A model generated the notes under the pieces. The model did not search any database. It was not told the DNA's origin and saw only the letters and a program-made list of their open reading frames with translations. A DNA stretch of 64,000 nucleotides from Lama glama (lineage: Eukaryota), in the NCBI GenBank assembly GCA_028534125.1, contig CM052841.1, positions 68,014,001 to 68,078,000 of the forward strand, in the 5' to 3' direction. Shown piece by piece: positions 20,401-32,400 of the stretch. Within the stretch, counting starts at the first letter, position 1. Every line of letters starts with the position of its first letter. Made by a program: the position numbers and the translations under genes.

Positions 20401-23400
20401 CCACACGACACCCCGCGGGAGAGGGAGGTGGTGCCCGAGAGGGAGATGCGCGGCCTGGCATGAGGCAGGCCCTGGCTCACCTGCGATCTGTTTCAAAAGG
20501 AAAGCATCGCCAGGATGGAGAAGGGTGGTTACTGGAGAAACGAAAACTGAGTCTTTTCTGTAGATTACGAAGTACAGGAAACTCCACGGAGTCCAAGTCT
20601 GGGGTTTTATAGCTTCCAGAGCTGAACACATCACTGGGATTTCAGAACATCGAAATGAAAAAGAAGCAGCCAGAGCAAACAGACTGCCTTCAGAGGGACA
20701 GCCGGGAACCTGAGCGCACAGCTGACAGCCACAGTGGTGGAAATGTTCCTGCGGGAAGGTCCCGGTCAGCCTGGAAATCTGCACCAAGTAGGCAGTTACT
20801 CCAGAGGGAGTAGCATGAATCCCAGCTCCACCCTAAAGTGGGCGGCTCCCGTGCAGAGGCTCGTGCAGAAGTAAACCTGGAGGACGTGCTCCACTCAGAT
20901 GGACGTGGGGCTCTGGGGTAGAGGAGGCTGACAGGGTGCAGGTCAGCATGGAAACAGGTACGTAAGTTTCGGTCATAGTGGCCACGTGACAGTGACCGGT
21001 GTGGGTGTAGAAGGAGAAGCCAGAACACTCACAGTCAGCACCCAGCCCAGCTGGAGCTGACCAGCGGACAGGCGTCCGCCACCAGTCCTTGTGCTAGTGC
21101 AGTGGAGGATGGAGACATTTATTAAGATTACTATTCAGAGAATAGGAATGACTGCAGATCTGCCAAAGAAATACCAGGTGGGAAAAGGCACTGAAAAAAA
21201 GCTTGCCCAATGAGAAAGAAGGCAGGAAGGTGGGGGCGGTGGTGACTAGAAATGTTAACACGCACTGGGGTTGGATTCCCTGCCTCTGTCCGCCCCCCCC
21301 CACCCGGTGCCCGTGAACAAGCAGACTCACCAGGTGAGAGAGAGAAGAGAGAGTCTGTGGGGAGACCTGTGTCTGGCTGCGCAGTGCGCAAGCGGCCCGG
21401 CCAGCACGACACCGTCAGAGGGCTGGAAGCAGGGCTGTGGGGGCAAAGCAGGAGGGAAGGTCAGCCACAAGGAGGCTGCCCCCCCCGTGTACAGTCCCTT
21501 AGCTGGAGCCGTGGTGGCACTGAGCAGCCGGCAGGGCCAGAGTGAGAAGGGTCAGCGGCGCCTCAGTGAAGAAGCAGACGCCTGCCCCCCCCCAAAACCA
21601 GAGAGCTCCTGAGAACCAGAGATCTCAGCAGACACCTAAGAGGATGTCCCCTAAAGACCACGGTCTGCGGCCTCAGCGAGTAATGTTGGATATGAAAAAC
21701 AAAAAGAGGCAGCGGTTTGGGGGAAACTTAAAAATATTTTAAGTAACTTACAGGTCAAGGAAGTATTTGTAATTCAGTGATAATGAATGCCCCACATACT
21801 CGTGGTGGTCGCTGACTTGGGAATACGGCTTGAAAACATACGAGAAGAACCGGACAATCCCCAATAAAGTCAAAGGAAGGAAATGGCAAAGAGAGAAGCA
21901 GCCGCAGGCGGGTTTTAGAAAGAACCAGCAGCACACACGGGGTGTGCACACGGCTAAGGAAGGGCGCAGGCCTCTGCGGATGTCGGTTAGAAAGACAAAG
22001 CCGATACCATGGATGTTGAAGAGTACGCAGCCACACTACAAAGTTTTAGAACATGAAATGTTATGAATGACTTTCTGCCAGTAAGTTGACAACTCAGGAC
22101 AGCATCCTAGAGACTGACCCAACGAGAAGCAGGGAGTCTGGGGAGGCCCTGCCCGCCCTTCGGAGAGCAGAGCACCGAGCTGGCGCCGTGGGCGGAGGCG
22201 CTGCGCGTCCATCGTGGTAACTGTCAACGTCAGAGCGAGGACCGGACAGCCGGAGAGTGACTGCCTCTCGCCTGTGATCGTGGGTGTGAGTGCCTGGCAG
22301 GGCATCAGGAGGCGGATCTGGACTAGAATGTCAGTAGTAACTAGCTATCGTGCCGGGACAGGCAGGACCACCCCAGACACGAGGACTGTTTACCAGAAGA
22401 TACGTAAGACTCACCAGTGGGTTAAGGAGAAAAGCATGATCTCACTGGGGATAAGACAGAGACCTCATAAAATTCAACTCATCCGTGATTTACAGAAAAA
22501 CAGAAAGAAAATGAGAAAAGCCCACTTCTTAGCAAAGTAGGAACAACAGAAGATGTCTACCCGTTCAAGGGCATCTCCCACAGCCTGCACCTGTATGTAG
22601 TGAGAGACGCCAGGGGCGCTCCTTTTACAGTCTTGACCAAGACAGAACCTCCCCACTTTCACTGAACTCCGTGTCTGTGTGTGGCGTTCCACCCCACACA
22701 AAAATAAATAAAAAAGTAATATAAAATTAACACAAAATCAGGAATGCCAGTTTCTTGTTGTCAGGATGCTCTTACGTGCAGAAAACACTAGACTAGCCCT
22801 GGCTTTTCCCGCAGCAGCCAGCTTCTGTTTCAGGCAGTATGAGCGAGCCGGTAACTTGAGCAGCCCTGCTCCTAGAAACATTTTTGAAGGTCTGAATAAA
22901 ACATGCAGAAAAACATTAATAACGTCACTCAGTTCTCGAGCTGGTTGACTTTAAAGCAGAGGAAGTGGGAGCTGGGAGGGAAGCGGCTCTGAGGCTGCCT
23001 TCTCCTGGAGGACACCAGCCAGACCCTGGGGGTCGGGGTGGGCGTCCAGTGGGAAAGCCCCGCTCACAGCTGGGCCCCCGAGCACTGGGAGTGACCTCCA
23101 GGTTGGTTTGCCCCAAAAGCATCTCTGAGGCCCCCAAATCAAGTGGAGACTCTCCTCACGGCATTCCCAGGTTCCCGGCTGGTGGTGGTCCGAATCTCCT
23201 CAAAGAGGGCCGAGGATAAAGCTCTCAGGGAGTGGGGTGAGTGGGGGCGACGGGCCGGCCGGCCGGCCTCTGGCCCAGGCCTCTGAGGACTTCAGGCTTC
23301 ACAGGGTGCGGAGTCAGTGCATTTGATGTATTTAAAGAAACAAGAGGTTTGAAAGTGTAAGCAGGAATCTAAAGACGACACAAAAAGACCAAGTAGCTTG

Positions 23401-26400
23401 GAAAGTAAACAGACCTGCCTCCCAGAAGCTCCGAGAAGATAAGAAACCGCAGCAGGAAATAGGAAGCCGGCGCTAAGAAGCAGGCAAGGTCCAGCTCCAT
23501 GGACACAGGGAGCGCCCCGGCTGGCTCTCAGGAAGACGTGGAGACTGACATGCTGGGTTTGTCCCCCTCGCTCAGCCTGGCCAGCGGTCTCCTGGGGACA
23601 TGGGGGCCTGCCCCGGCAGGGCTGGGCTGCAGACAGCCTGTCTGTCTGTCCTGGCTCCTGCCGGGACCCCGTGCGCATCGAGCACCCCCTGCAGGCCAGC
23701 TCAGTGCCCGCTCGGACCCAGGTCACACCCAGAGCTGCGTTTCCATCAGGGACACGTCTGGACTCTTCTCCTAGGTCATGTCTGGCCCCTGGCCAGACTC
23801 AGGGCCAGGCTGCCTGTGACCTCGAGAACAGAGGCCAGTTGTGCCCTCTCTGGCGGCATGATAAAGAGGGTGGGAGAGGGGTGTCCCTGAGATTGGACCA
23901 GAGAAGTTTAAAGTTTGACAACTGACACGCCTTGCTGACTGGAGCGGGGTTTCCGGGGACGCAGAGCCAGGTGGGCAGGTTCCTAGAAGTGTCCCTGAGA
24001 ACAGAGGGGCCTTGAAATAGGAGTTGGGCAGTGGCCTGAGTGGGGAGGAGCAGCTTGGCCAGGTCAAGTGCCAGGACAGCTGGCCCGGGCAGGAGCACTG
24101 TTGACTGTCTGCTCAGCCTGCTCGGCTGCTCAGGGAGCTCCAACCCGATCCAAGCTCTCCGACCGAGCTCTTCACATCTGCTGGAGGTCCATAAGCCCCT
24201 CCTGCTCACCACGGGCTGCTCATCTCGCTGATGGGGACACCATCCATACCTGTTCTTGGGCCAGAACCTCAGAGTCATTGCTGACCCCATCTCCCTCCCC
24301 TGAGGTCCACCCACCACCAAAGGCTGTCAGCTCCTCTCCCGCCGCTCCCCGGCCCGTGGGCTCTACACGGCACTAGCCGCCCATCATCCTTCCAGAACAC
24401 TCTTCTGCTGAACCCCATGCCTTCTCACTGAGGCAGCGGGAAGTCCCTCCTGCAGGGCCTCAAGACCTGGCCCCTGTGCTCCCATCCCCACTTGTCCCAC
24501 TGGCACGATGTGGGCTCTCCCCACCTGCTCTGTCCTCACGCGCACACACAGCTGCCTGCGGGCTGGTTCTCGCCATACTCACGCCCCACACGCAGGCGGC
24601 CGCTCCTAAAGACCTGATGAGCCAGCAGAGGAGGGTGCACGCTTCCCACTGCCACCCCACGCCGCGCGTGGTCTCCAGGCGCCCGGCGTTCTGCACATTC
24701 GTGTGCTTCAAGTGCCAGGGCTGTGGGGGGGAAGTAGGTTAAGAGCAGACCGTAAGAACCAAGGGTGCTGCGGTGGTGACCCCCCCCGCGCCTGAGAGCC
24801 CCAGGCCCCCAGAGCGCCGGCCCTGGGAAGACTGCTTTCCTGTGGGTGCAGAGTCCTCTGGTGGTCAGACCACCTGCCTGGGGAGAAGTGCCTCAGGGGC
24901 CGGGGAGGGAGGGCGGGGCCAGGCCGACCCGCCCCGAGCTTGACAGCCTTGTTCCCTGGGGGGGTGGGGGGCTCGTGGCCAGCCCGCCCTCAGCAGCTCC
25001 CCTGCCCACCCACCGCTCAGGCCGCCGTCTGTGCGCAGGGGCTCTTCGGTCTGATTTGTTTCCCTGATCTGTCCTGTTCCCCCAGTGAAGATTGTGATCC
25101 GAGGAGACAGGAACACGGGCAAGACTGCGCTGTGGCACCGGCTGCAGGGCAAGAAGTTCGTGGAGGAGTACATCCCCACGCAGGAGATCCAGGTCACCAG
25201 CATCCACTGGAACTACAAAAGTGAGGGCGGGGCGCGGCGGGAGCAGGGCAGGGTATGGCTGGGGCAGGTGCTTCCCAGGAGGCCATGCAGGCACAGTGCC
25301 GCAGCTCGGGGTGGGGGGTGCCTTCCTGCCATTGCCTCCCCCCACCTAGTGTTGTCATGGAAACACTGCACACACATGGGAGTCCCCTCTGCCATGGAGA
25401 CTCAGTCCCTTGGGGAGCTGGGCCATTGGGCCCACTCATCCTGGAGACCTTGGAAAGGCAGACACTCCTGGGTTAACACACGAGGTGTCCTGGAGGGGAC
25501 CCCTCTGGGCGGGGACACACCCCTGCTGCAGTCTGCTTACCGGGCCCCAGGGAAGCAGAAGGGGCTCCTCGCCCTTGAGGCCCAGCTCTTGGCTCCAGTT
25601 GTGAAGTGCCCGACCCTGCAGGGTCCTGGAGGTGGTTTGTTTGCAAGATCGCTTTGTGGCCTCCCGGCGGTAGCCCAGTGGGCGGGAACTTGCACTCCTC
25701 TGACCATGTGGCACCCTTGTGGGAAGCAGAGAAGCCACTTTGCATGCTTAAGAATCATAACAGCAAAAGGCCTTTGGGCCATTTTAAACATTCCTTTCCA
25801 TTAAAAAAACTAGCCAGTGGGCCGCCAGCAGGACACTCGGGGCCTTTGTGGGAGTCTGACTCCCTCTTAGTGACGTCCAGTGCGTCCCAGGACAGCAGCG
25901 TGGACACAGCGTCGCCCTGCCTCCCGGCTGCACAGAAGCAGCTCCCCACGTCTTCCCTTCTCCTGCGAAATCCTCGGGGTAGGGAGTGAGCCAGCTGTCC
26001 CTGTGCTTGGCCCACTGCCTGGAGGTGTGGCACAGGCCTGAACCCCAGACTAGCCGTTCAGAGTCGGCTCCCCTGGCCCTCAGCTCCCATGGAGCAGAGA
26101 ACACTGCCTCGGGAGAGGTGCAGTGGTCACTGCACGACTGGGAAACAACCATGGACGTGGCCTCCCCATAAAAGCGAAAGGTGGGCCTGCAAGGGCCTGT
26201 CCCAAGCCAGCTCCACTTGGCCTTGGCCTCCAAAGGATTTTGGTAGAAGCATGATGCAGGACCCACACCTGGAGAGTCTGACTCTCCCTGCTGATTGCCC
26301 TACCTCCCTCACAATGAAGCCGAGGCCGGTCATGGACATGGAGTGGGGCTGGGAGGGCAGTCAGCCCCGATCACATCCACTGCAGCGCCAAGGGCTCGCA

Positions 26401-29400
26401 CCCCCGGTGGGCCTGCGGAGGCCTGGGTTCTGGGTGCAGACCCCTCCTGGCTGTGTGGGCCTGGCTGGGGGCAGGCCTCTGGGACATGGGGAGGGTGTCA
26501 GCTGAGGGCGGGCCAGGATCCTTCACAGACCTGAGCAGAAGCCCAGGGAGGAGCCAGGCCCCACTGCGCTGCAGGGAGGGGCATCCTGGGCAGGCGGGAG
26601 CATGCCCCTGGGGGCGGCGCAGGGTGGGGGTGGCGACATCCGCACCGCCCCTGGGAGCCCATCTTAGTGAAGCAGGTGCTCGCGTTGGGAGCTGATCTTA
26701 CTCTTTCCCCTTACTTCAGCCACCGACGACATCGTGAAAGTTGAAGTCTGGGATGTCGTTGACAAAGGTAAGTTGTGTCTTTTTGTTAATGTGCTTTTTC
26801 TCTGTTGCGCTGCCGTTGTTCTGTGAGACGCGCGCTGTCCGCCCTCGTCCGCCTGTCCTCATAGGTCGGCTTTTTCATAAACTCCTGTTTGTTTGGGTGT
26901 TTGTCTTGGCCTGCTGTCTCTCTGGGACGCGCAGGGTGACACAGCCCTTCCTCCTCACTCAGCACCTGAGACGAAGGGGGAGATGGTGATGGCGCCGGGT
27001 TCTTACCCCCGAGCCCAGCTCGTCCATCCTGGGCACCGGCTCAGGGGCCCTCCACGGCCTCGAAGGCTGGGTAGGGCTGGCCCAGGGCGGGGTCCTTGTC
27101 AGTCTGGGAAGGAAGCACTGCATCTGGAACTGCGTGGGAGGCCTCCCGGGGGGGGGCCGCGTCCTGCCTCCCATGGGGCTGCCGCGGTGCCGGCTGAGAA
27201 GGCGCAGCTCTGGGGCTCCAGCGCTGCTGAGCGAGGCGTCTGCTGGAGGTGGGGCTGCCCCCCACTCAGGCATTCCTTGCCCAGCATCTCCGCCCCGTGA
27301 CTTGGTCTCTTTGCTTAAGGAAAATGCAAGAAGCGAGGCGACGGCTTGAAGATGGAGAATGACCCCCAGGAGGTAAGCAGTGTCTGTTCCCATGTGGCCC
27401 GCAATGGTGGGGGCGGGGTGAGCGGGCCCCGCCCTTCAGACCCCGCCGCCTGCCGGCCTGGCCCTCCCGGGGCCCCCAGTGGTGCTAGTGGACCCAGGGC
27501 CACCCTGGGCTGCCCTTGTCGCGTTGCAGGGTAACTGGGTTGAGCTGCTGCCACATATGTGTGCCAGACGCCACACGGGGATGGGGTGGCAGGTGTTTGG
27601 GCGAACTGGCCAAATTTTGTGTCCATGTTACAGAGGCCCCGGCCCTTCAAAGCACAGGCCCCGCCTTCCGGTGTGGCTCCGGCAGGGCACTTCTTGTGCT
27701 GCCACTGCTTCCTGCCCGTCTGGGGGGCTTTCTCTTGGTCTCCAAGGACCCTTCTCTCCTGTCCACGGACAGGCTCCCGCTTAGGACAGGAAGGTTCAGT
27801 GGCCGCTGGCCCTTTTGGGGCATATGTCTCCACTGCCCCCAGCCCTGCAGCCGCCCCAGCGTGCCTGCTCCGGCATGTGCGCCCGCGGTGGAGAGTCTGC
27901 GAGCCCTGAGGGCAGGGTGCTGCCGACCTCAGTGGCGCAGGGACCCCAGGGAGAGGGCAGGCACAGTGTGTCCTCCACGCTAGACGATGTTGCGTTTACA
28001 TTTTTCTTTTTTTCCAAAATGAAACTAACTGTTGTCTTTTCAGTTATCAGAGCCCTGTTCAGCCTTTTCCAGGAGACAGGGTGCTCACCCGAGGGGCCCA
28101 GCCCGGAGCACCGTCTCATGCCCGGTCCCCCCTGTCCCCAGGCAGAGTCCGAGATGGCCCTGGACGCCGAGTTCCTGGATGTGTACAAGAACTGCAGCGG
28201 GGTGGTCATGATGTTCGACATCACCAAGCAGTGGTGAGGCCCGGCTCCTGGCACCACGCCGCCCACTAGGCCCACGGTGGTGGTTGTGCCGGCGTCAGTG
28301 ATGGTGCCCAGGGCTTCTGGAGGGCCAGCCACGGGCGGTGCATGCTGGCTGTCCGGCCGCACAGAACCCCGGCCTGGAGGTCCTGGTGTCTCAGCATGTG
28401 TATCTGGGGCCAGGTCGGGATGGGTGAGGCCCTCGCCTTCCATGGCCCCGCAGCCCTTCTTGCAAACACCGTCTAAAGTGTGGCATCAGCAAGTGGCTCC
28501 CATGAGTTGGGGGTTCCCAGGACCCCCACGCTCTTGGATTTGCCAGCAGGACACACCTATGTCCACCGCAGTGGAGGCTGCAGAGCAGGGTCAGCAGGGG
28601 AGTGGTGCGGGCGGGTGTGCAGACAGCCTCACCGGCACCCAGGGTCCTCTCCACCGAGCCCTGAGTCACATGGCTGGAGACCCACTGCCCGGGCCCGGGC
28701 CCCCTACTCCCAGACCAGCCAAGGGCCAGCCTTGTGGACCAGCCTTCCTGGGACAGCAGTCTCAGGCCTGCACACCACCGAAAAGGGGAGTCCTGAAGGA
28801 TGCTGAGGGCGGAGCCCATGGCTTGTTCTGGGAGTGGCCAGCGAAGTTTGCTTAAGTTGTATTACTATTACTGCTTGGGTCACCGGTGCTCACAGGAAAA
28901 CCCATCCTGTCACCAGAAACTACTGTGGGGGCTAGCCAGGCTCTCTTCTGGGTGTTGCTCTGACACTGAGCTGTAGCCGCGCACGCCTTTGTTCAGGATG
29001 CATTCACGCCTCCGCTGGGCTGGTAGATCTACAAATTCACACGCCAGCCCTAGGGTTCCTGTCAGGGACTCGGGTCCCAGGGATCTGTCACAGCTGTACC
29101 AGCCTCGGCCCCAGCCCACGGGGCCCCACGCCCGCCCTCCCGCCTGCAGGGACGCGCAGTGGGCTGCCCACCAGCGCACCTGGGAGGCCTCCGGGAGGCT
29201 GTGGACCACTTGGAGGAGGAGGGGTGGGGCCTGGCGAGCTCACACCTGTGAGACGCAGCAGTCCCGCCGCCTCGGCTCCCACGGGGGTGGGGGTGGGCAG
29301 GGCTGTTTCTAGGTGGAGTCTGGCCTGGGCACTGTTAGTGGTCATGTCGGCCTCATGTCCCTGTAGCCTCGGCTAGACGAGCTGTGAGCCGAAGGCCAGG

Positions 29401-32400
29401 AGGACCCCATGGGGAGAGCGGGATCACAGGTGCCTGTGAGGCTCCTGGAGCTGTGAGGCCCAGGGGCTGGTGTCCAGTGGGCAGGTGGTCCTGGGCTGGG
29501 GGCTGGGCAGCTTCTTGGATCCCAGGACCCTGGACACCCGGTACTCAGCTCTGGTGGGGTGGGAGGCGGTGCAGACATGATCTAGAGCCCCGTCACTCAA
29601 AAGGAAAGCAGGGGGGGCGCCACCGATACAGCCATTGGCACAGCAGCTGGTGTCTGAGTGCACCTGGCGGCAGGGGCAGGAGACTCCCCCAGGACAGGTG
29701 GCAGACACGCTCGGCCCTTCTGAGGGTAGTAAAGCACTGCATGTGAATAGGAGGAAACTCAGGCTGCAGACGCAGCACTGCTGTATCTGGCTCTCCCACA
29801 CACTCATGCTGATGGGGAGACAGGTGTGAGCCCCACACCCACTGAGAGCAGAGCCCTGGGCTGTAGAGACAGATCGAGGGAGGACATGTGTCAGGAGGCA
29901 GAACCAAAGGCTGTTTTGTGGGATGTGGTGGCGGGAGGATCTGCAGCGTCCAAGAGCACCCACTGCGTGGTCCCCTGATTCTCACACGGGAGGGTGCTGG
30001 TGGGGTGCTGATCCGGGCGCCCACACACTTCCCCAAGGCTGTGGGGGTGGGCAGGGGTCTCAGGCCAAAGCTAAGGCTCATCTTCCCCCCACATGCCCCT
30101 CCTGAGGACCTTCAACTACATCCTCCGGGAGCTTCCCAAAGTGCCGACGCACGTGCCGGTGTGCGTGCTGGGGAACTACCGCGACATGGGTGAGCACCGG
30201 GTCATCCTGCCCGACGATGTGCGCGACCTCATCGACCACCTGGACAGGTGGGTGCCCGGCCATGCAGCCTGTCTGCCTGGGCACTCCCGCCTGGGCCCTC
30301 CTCTGCCTCGAGCCCTGGCCCCGCCCGGCTACACAACCCCGTGTCCCCCAGCCCTCTGACCCACCCCCAGCTTCCCTGTGCTACCCACACCCGGCCCTCC
30401 GGTCCATGCTGGCAGGACCTGCGGAGGCTGGGGAGGCCCAGGCTGAGATGGAGGGCGTGGGGGTAAGCTCAGGGAGGGGGCGCCGAGCTGGAGGGAGGGC
30501 GGGGCAGGGGTTGGGTACTGGCTTCCCCGCACTGAGCAGCCCCAGGTGCCAGGTGGAGCGGCCTCCCTCCATGCCTCAGGCCAGAGCCAGGGTCGGGCGT
30601 GGCGCAGCGGGGTCCTGCTGGGGCGGATGGGGGCACATCAGCCCAGCCCCAGCATCACCTGGTGGGCACCAGCTGAGGGGAGCGCCTGCAGGAGACGGCC
30701 CGGCCTGCGTGCGGTGCTGGCCCTGCCACCCCGTCCCTTGTGTCTTTGTCCTCTTGGCAAACAGGCCTCCGGGCTCCTCTTACTTCCGCTACGCCGAGTC
30801 GTCCATGAAGAACAGCTTCGGCCTGAAGTACCTGCACAGGTTCTTCAACATTCCGTTCCTGCAGCTTCAGGTGCGCCCGCCTGTGGGGCCTGCCGGCGCG
30901 GCGTGGCATGGGGGGCGGGGCCACCAGTTAGGGCCCTGCCAGGCTGGCCGGAGACCTAGACCAGCACAAGGGGACACAGGGGCCCTTACATGTCCTTCTC
31001 GGTCTGAGGACCGTTGACCCGGACCAGTGGGCACTGTGACCCCCCGCCTCTGCGCTGGCCCCTGCCTGGAGCTTCACTGGCCCCTGCGCCGGTCCATCTT
31101 CACCGCAGATGTGTGCGCAGCCCCAGCACAGGGCCCGTCTGATCCCCCTTGTGGCCGGGCCACTGTGTCCCTGCTGTGGATTGGCCCCAGCCTGGCAGGA
31201 GCGGAAGCAATGAGCTCGAGAAGTCTCTCCTCCCACCTGGTCTGCAGCTTTCTGTTGTTCCAGTGGCCCTTTTGTCTTGGAGTGGTCTTAGACTGACAGG
31301 AAGGCTGCAGAGAAGTGACAGGATTTTTGGGCCCTGGCTCGGTTCCCCCTAGTCTCAGGGTCTCGTGTTTCCACAGTGCCTCCGTCAAGACCACAGACCC
31401 GGGGTTGGTGGGCCCTCTCGCCAGCCCTCTGCACTGGGCTGTGACAGCCCCAAAACGTGCCTGACTCAGGGTCTGTCTGGTCTTAGGTGGGTGATGGGAT
31501 TTCAGGCACAAGACCACAGACCAACCACCCTGCTTGTCACAAGCGGGGACACGTGTCACCCACACAGCTAGTCACTGGGGTGTTGACCTAGGGCCCTCCT
31601 ATAGCCCCAGTGGTTTCTGTCCNNNNNNNNNNNNNNNNNNNNNNNNNNNNNNNNNNNNNNNNNNNNNNNNNNNNNNNNNNNNNNNNNNNNNNNNNNNNNN
31701 NNNNNNNNNNNNNNNNNNNNNNNNNNNNNNNNNNNNNNNNNNNNNNNNNNNNNNNNNNNNNNNNNNNNNNNNNNNNNNNNNNNNNNNNNNNNNNNNNNNN
31801 NNNNNNNNNNNNNNNNNNNNNNNNNNNNNNNNNNNNNNNNNNNNNNNNNNNNNNNNNNNNNNNNNNNNNNNNNNNNNNNNNNNNNNNNNNNNNNNNNNNN
31901 NNNNNNNNNNNNNNNNNNNNNNNNNNNNNNNNNNNNNNNNNNNNNNNNNNNNNNNNNNNNNNNNNNNNNNNNNNNNNNNNNNNNNNNNNNNNNNNNNNNN
32001 NNNNNNNNNNNNNNNNNNNNNNNNNNNNNNNNNNNNNNNNNNNNNNNNNNNNNNNNNNNNNNNNNNNNNNNNNNNNNNNNNNNNNNNNNNNNNNNNNNNN
32101 NNNNNNNNNNNNNNNNNNNNNNGCCCTCTGCACTGGGCTGTGACAGCCCCAAAACGTGCCTGACTCAGGGTCTGTCTGGTCTTAGGTGGGTGATGGGATT
32201 TCAGGCACAAGACCACAGACCAACCACCCTGCTTGTCACAAGCGGGGACACGTGTCACCCACACAGCTAGTCACTGGGGTGTTGACCTAGGGCCCTCCTA
32301 TAGCCCCAGTGGTTTCTGTCCTTTCTCCAGGACATGGAGCCCACTCGGGGGCACAGTCATTTCTCCTTTCCTCTTGTCCTCTTGGAGAGACATGGGGCAG

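Noticed and set aside
28234-30106. Orthologue of the human RABL6 intronic MIR4292
   Set aside because: No match to the recalled mature sequence and no clear hairpin found by eye.
31534-32264. ORFs with long X runs
   Set aside because: Artefacts of the N gap.
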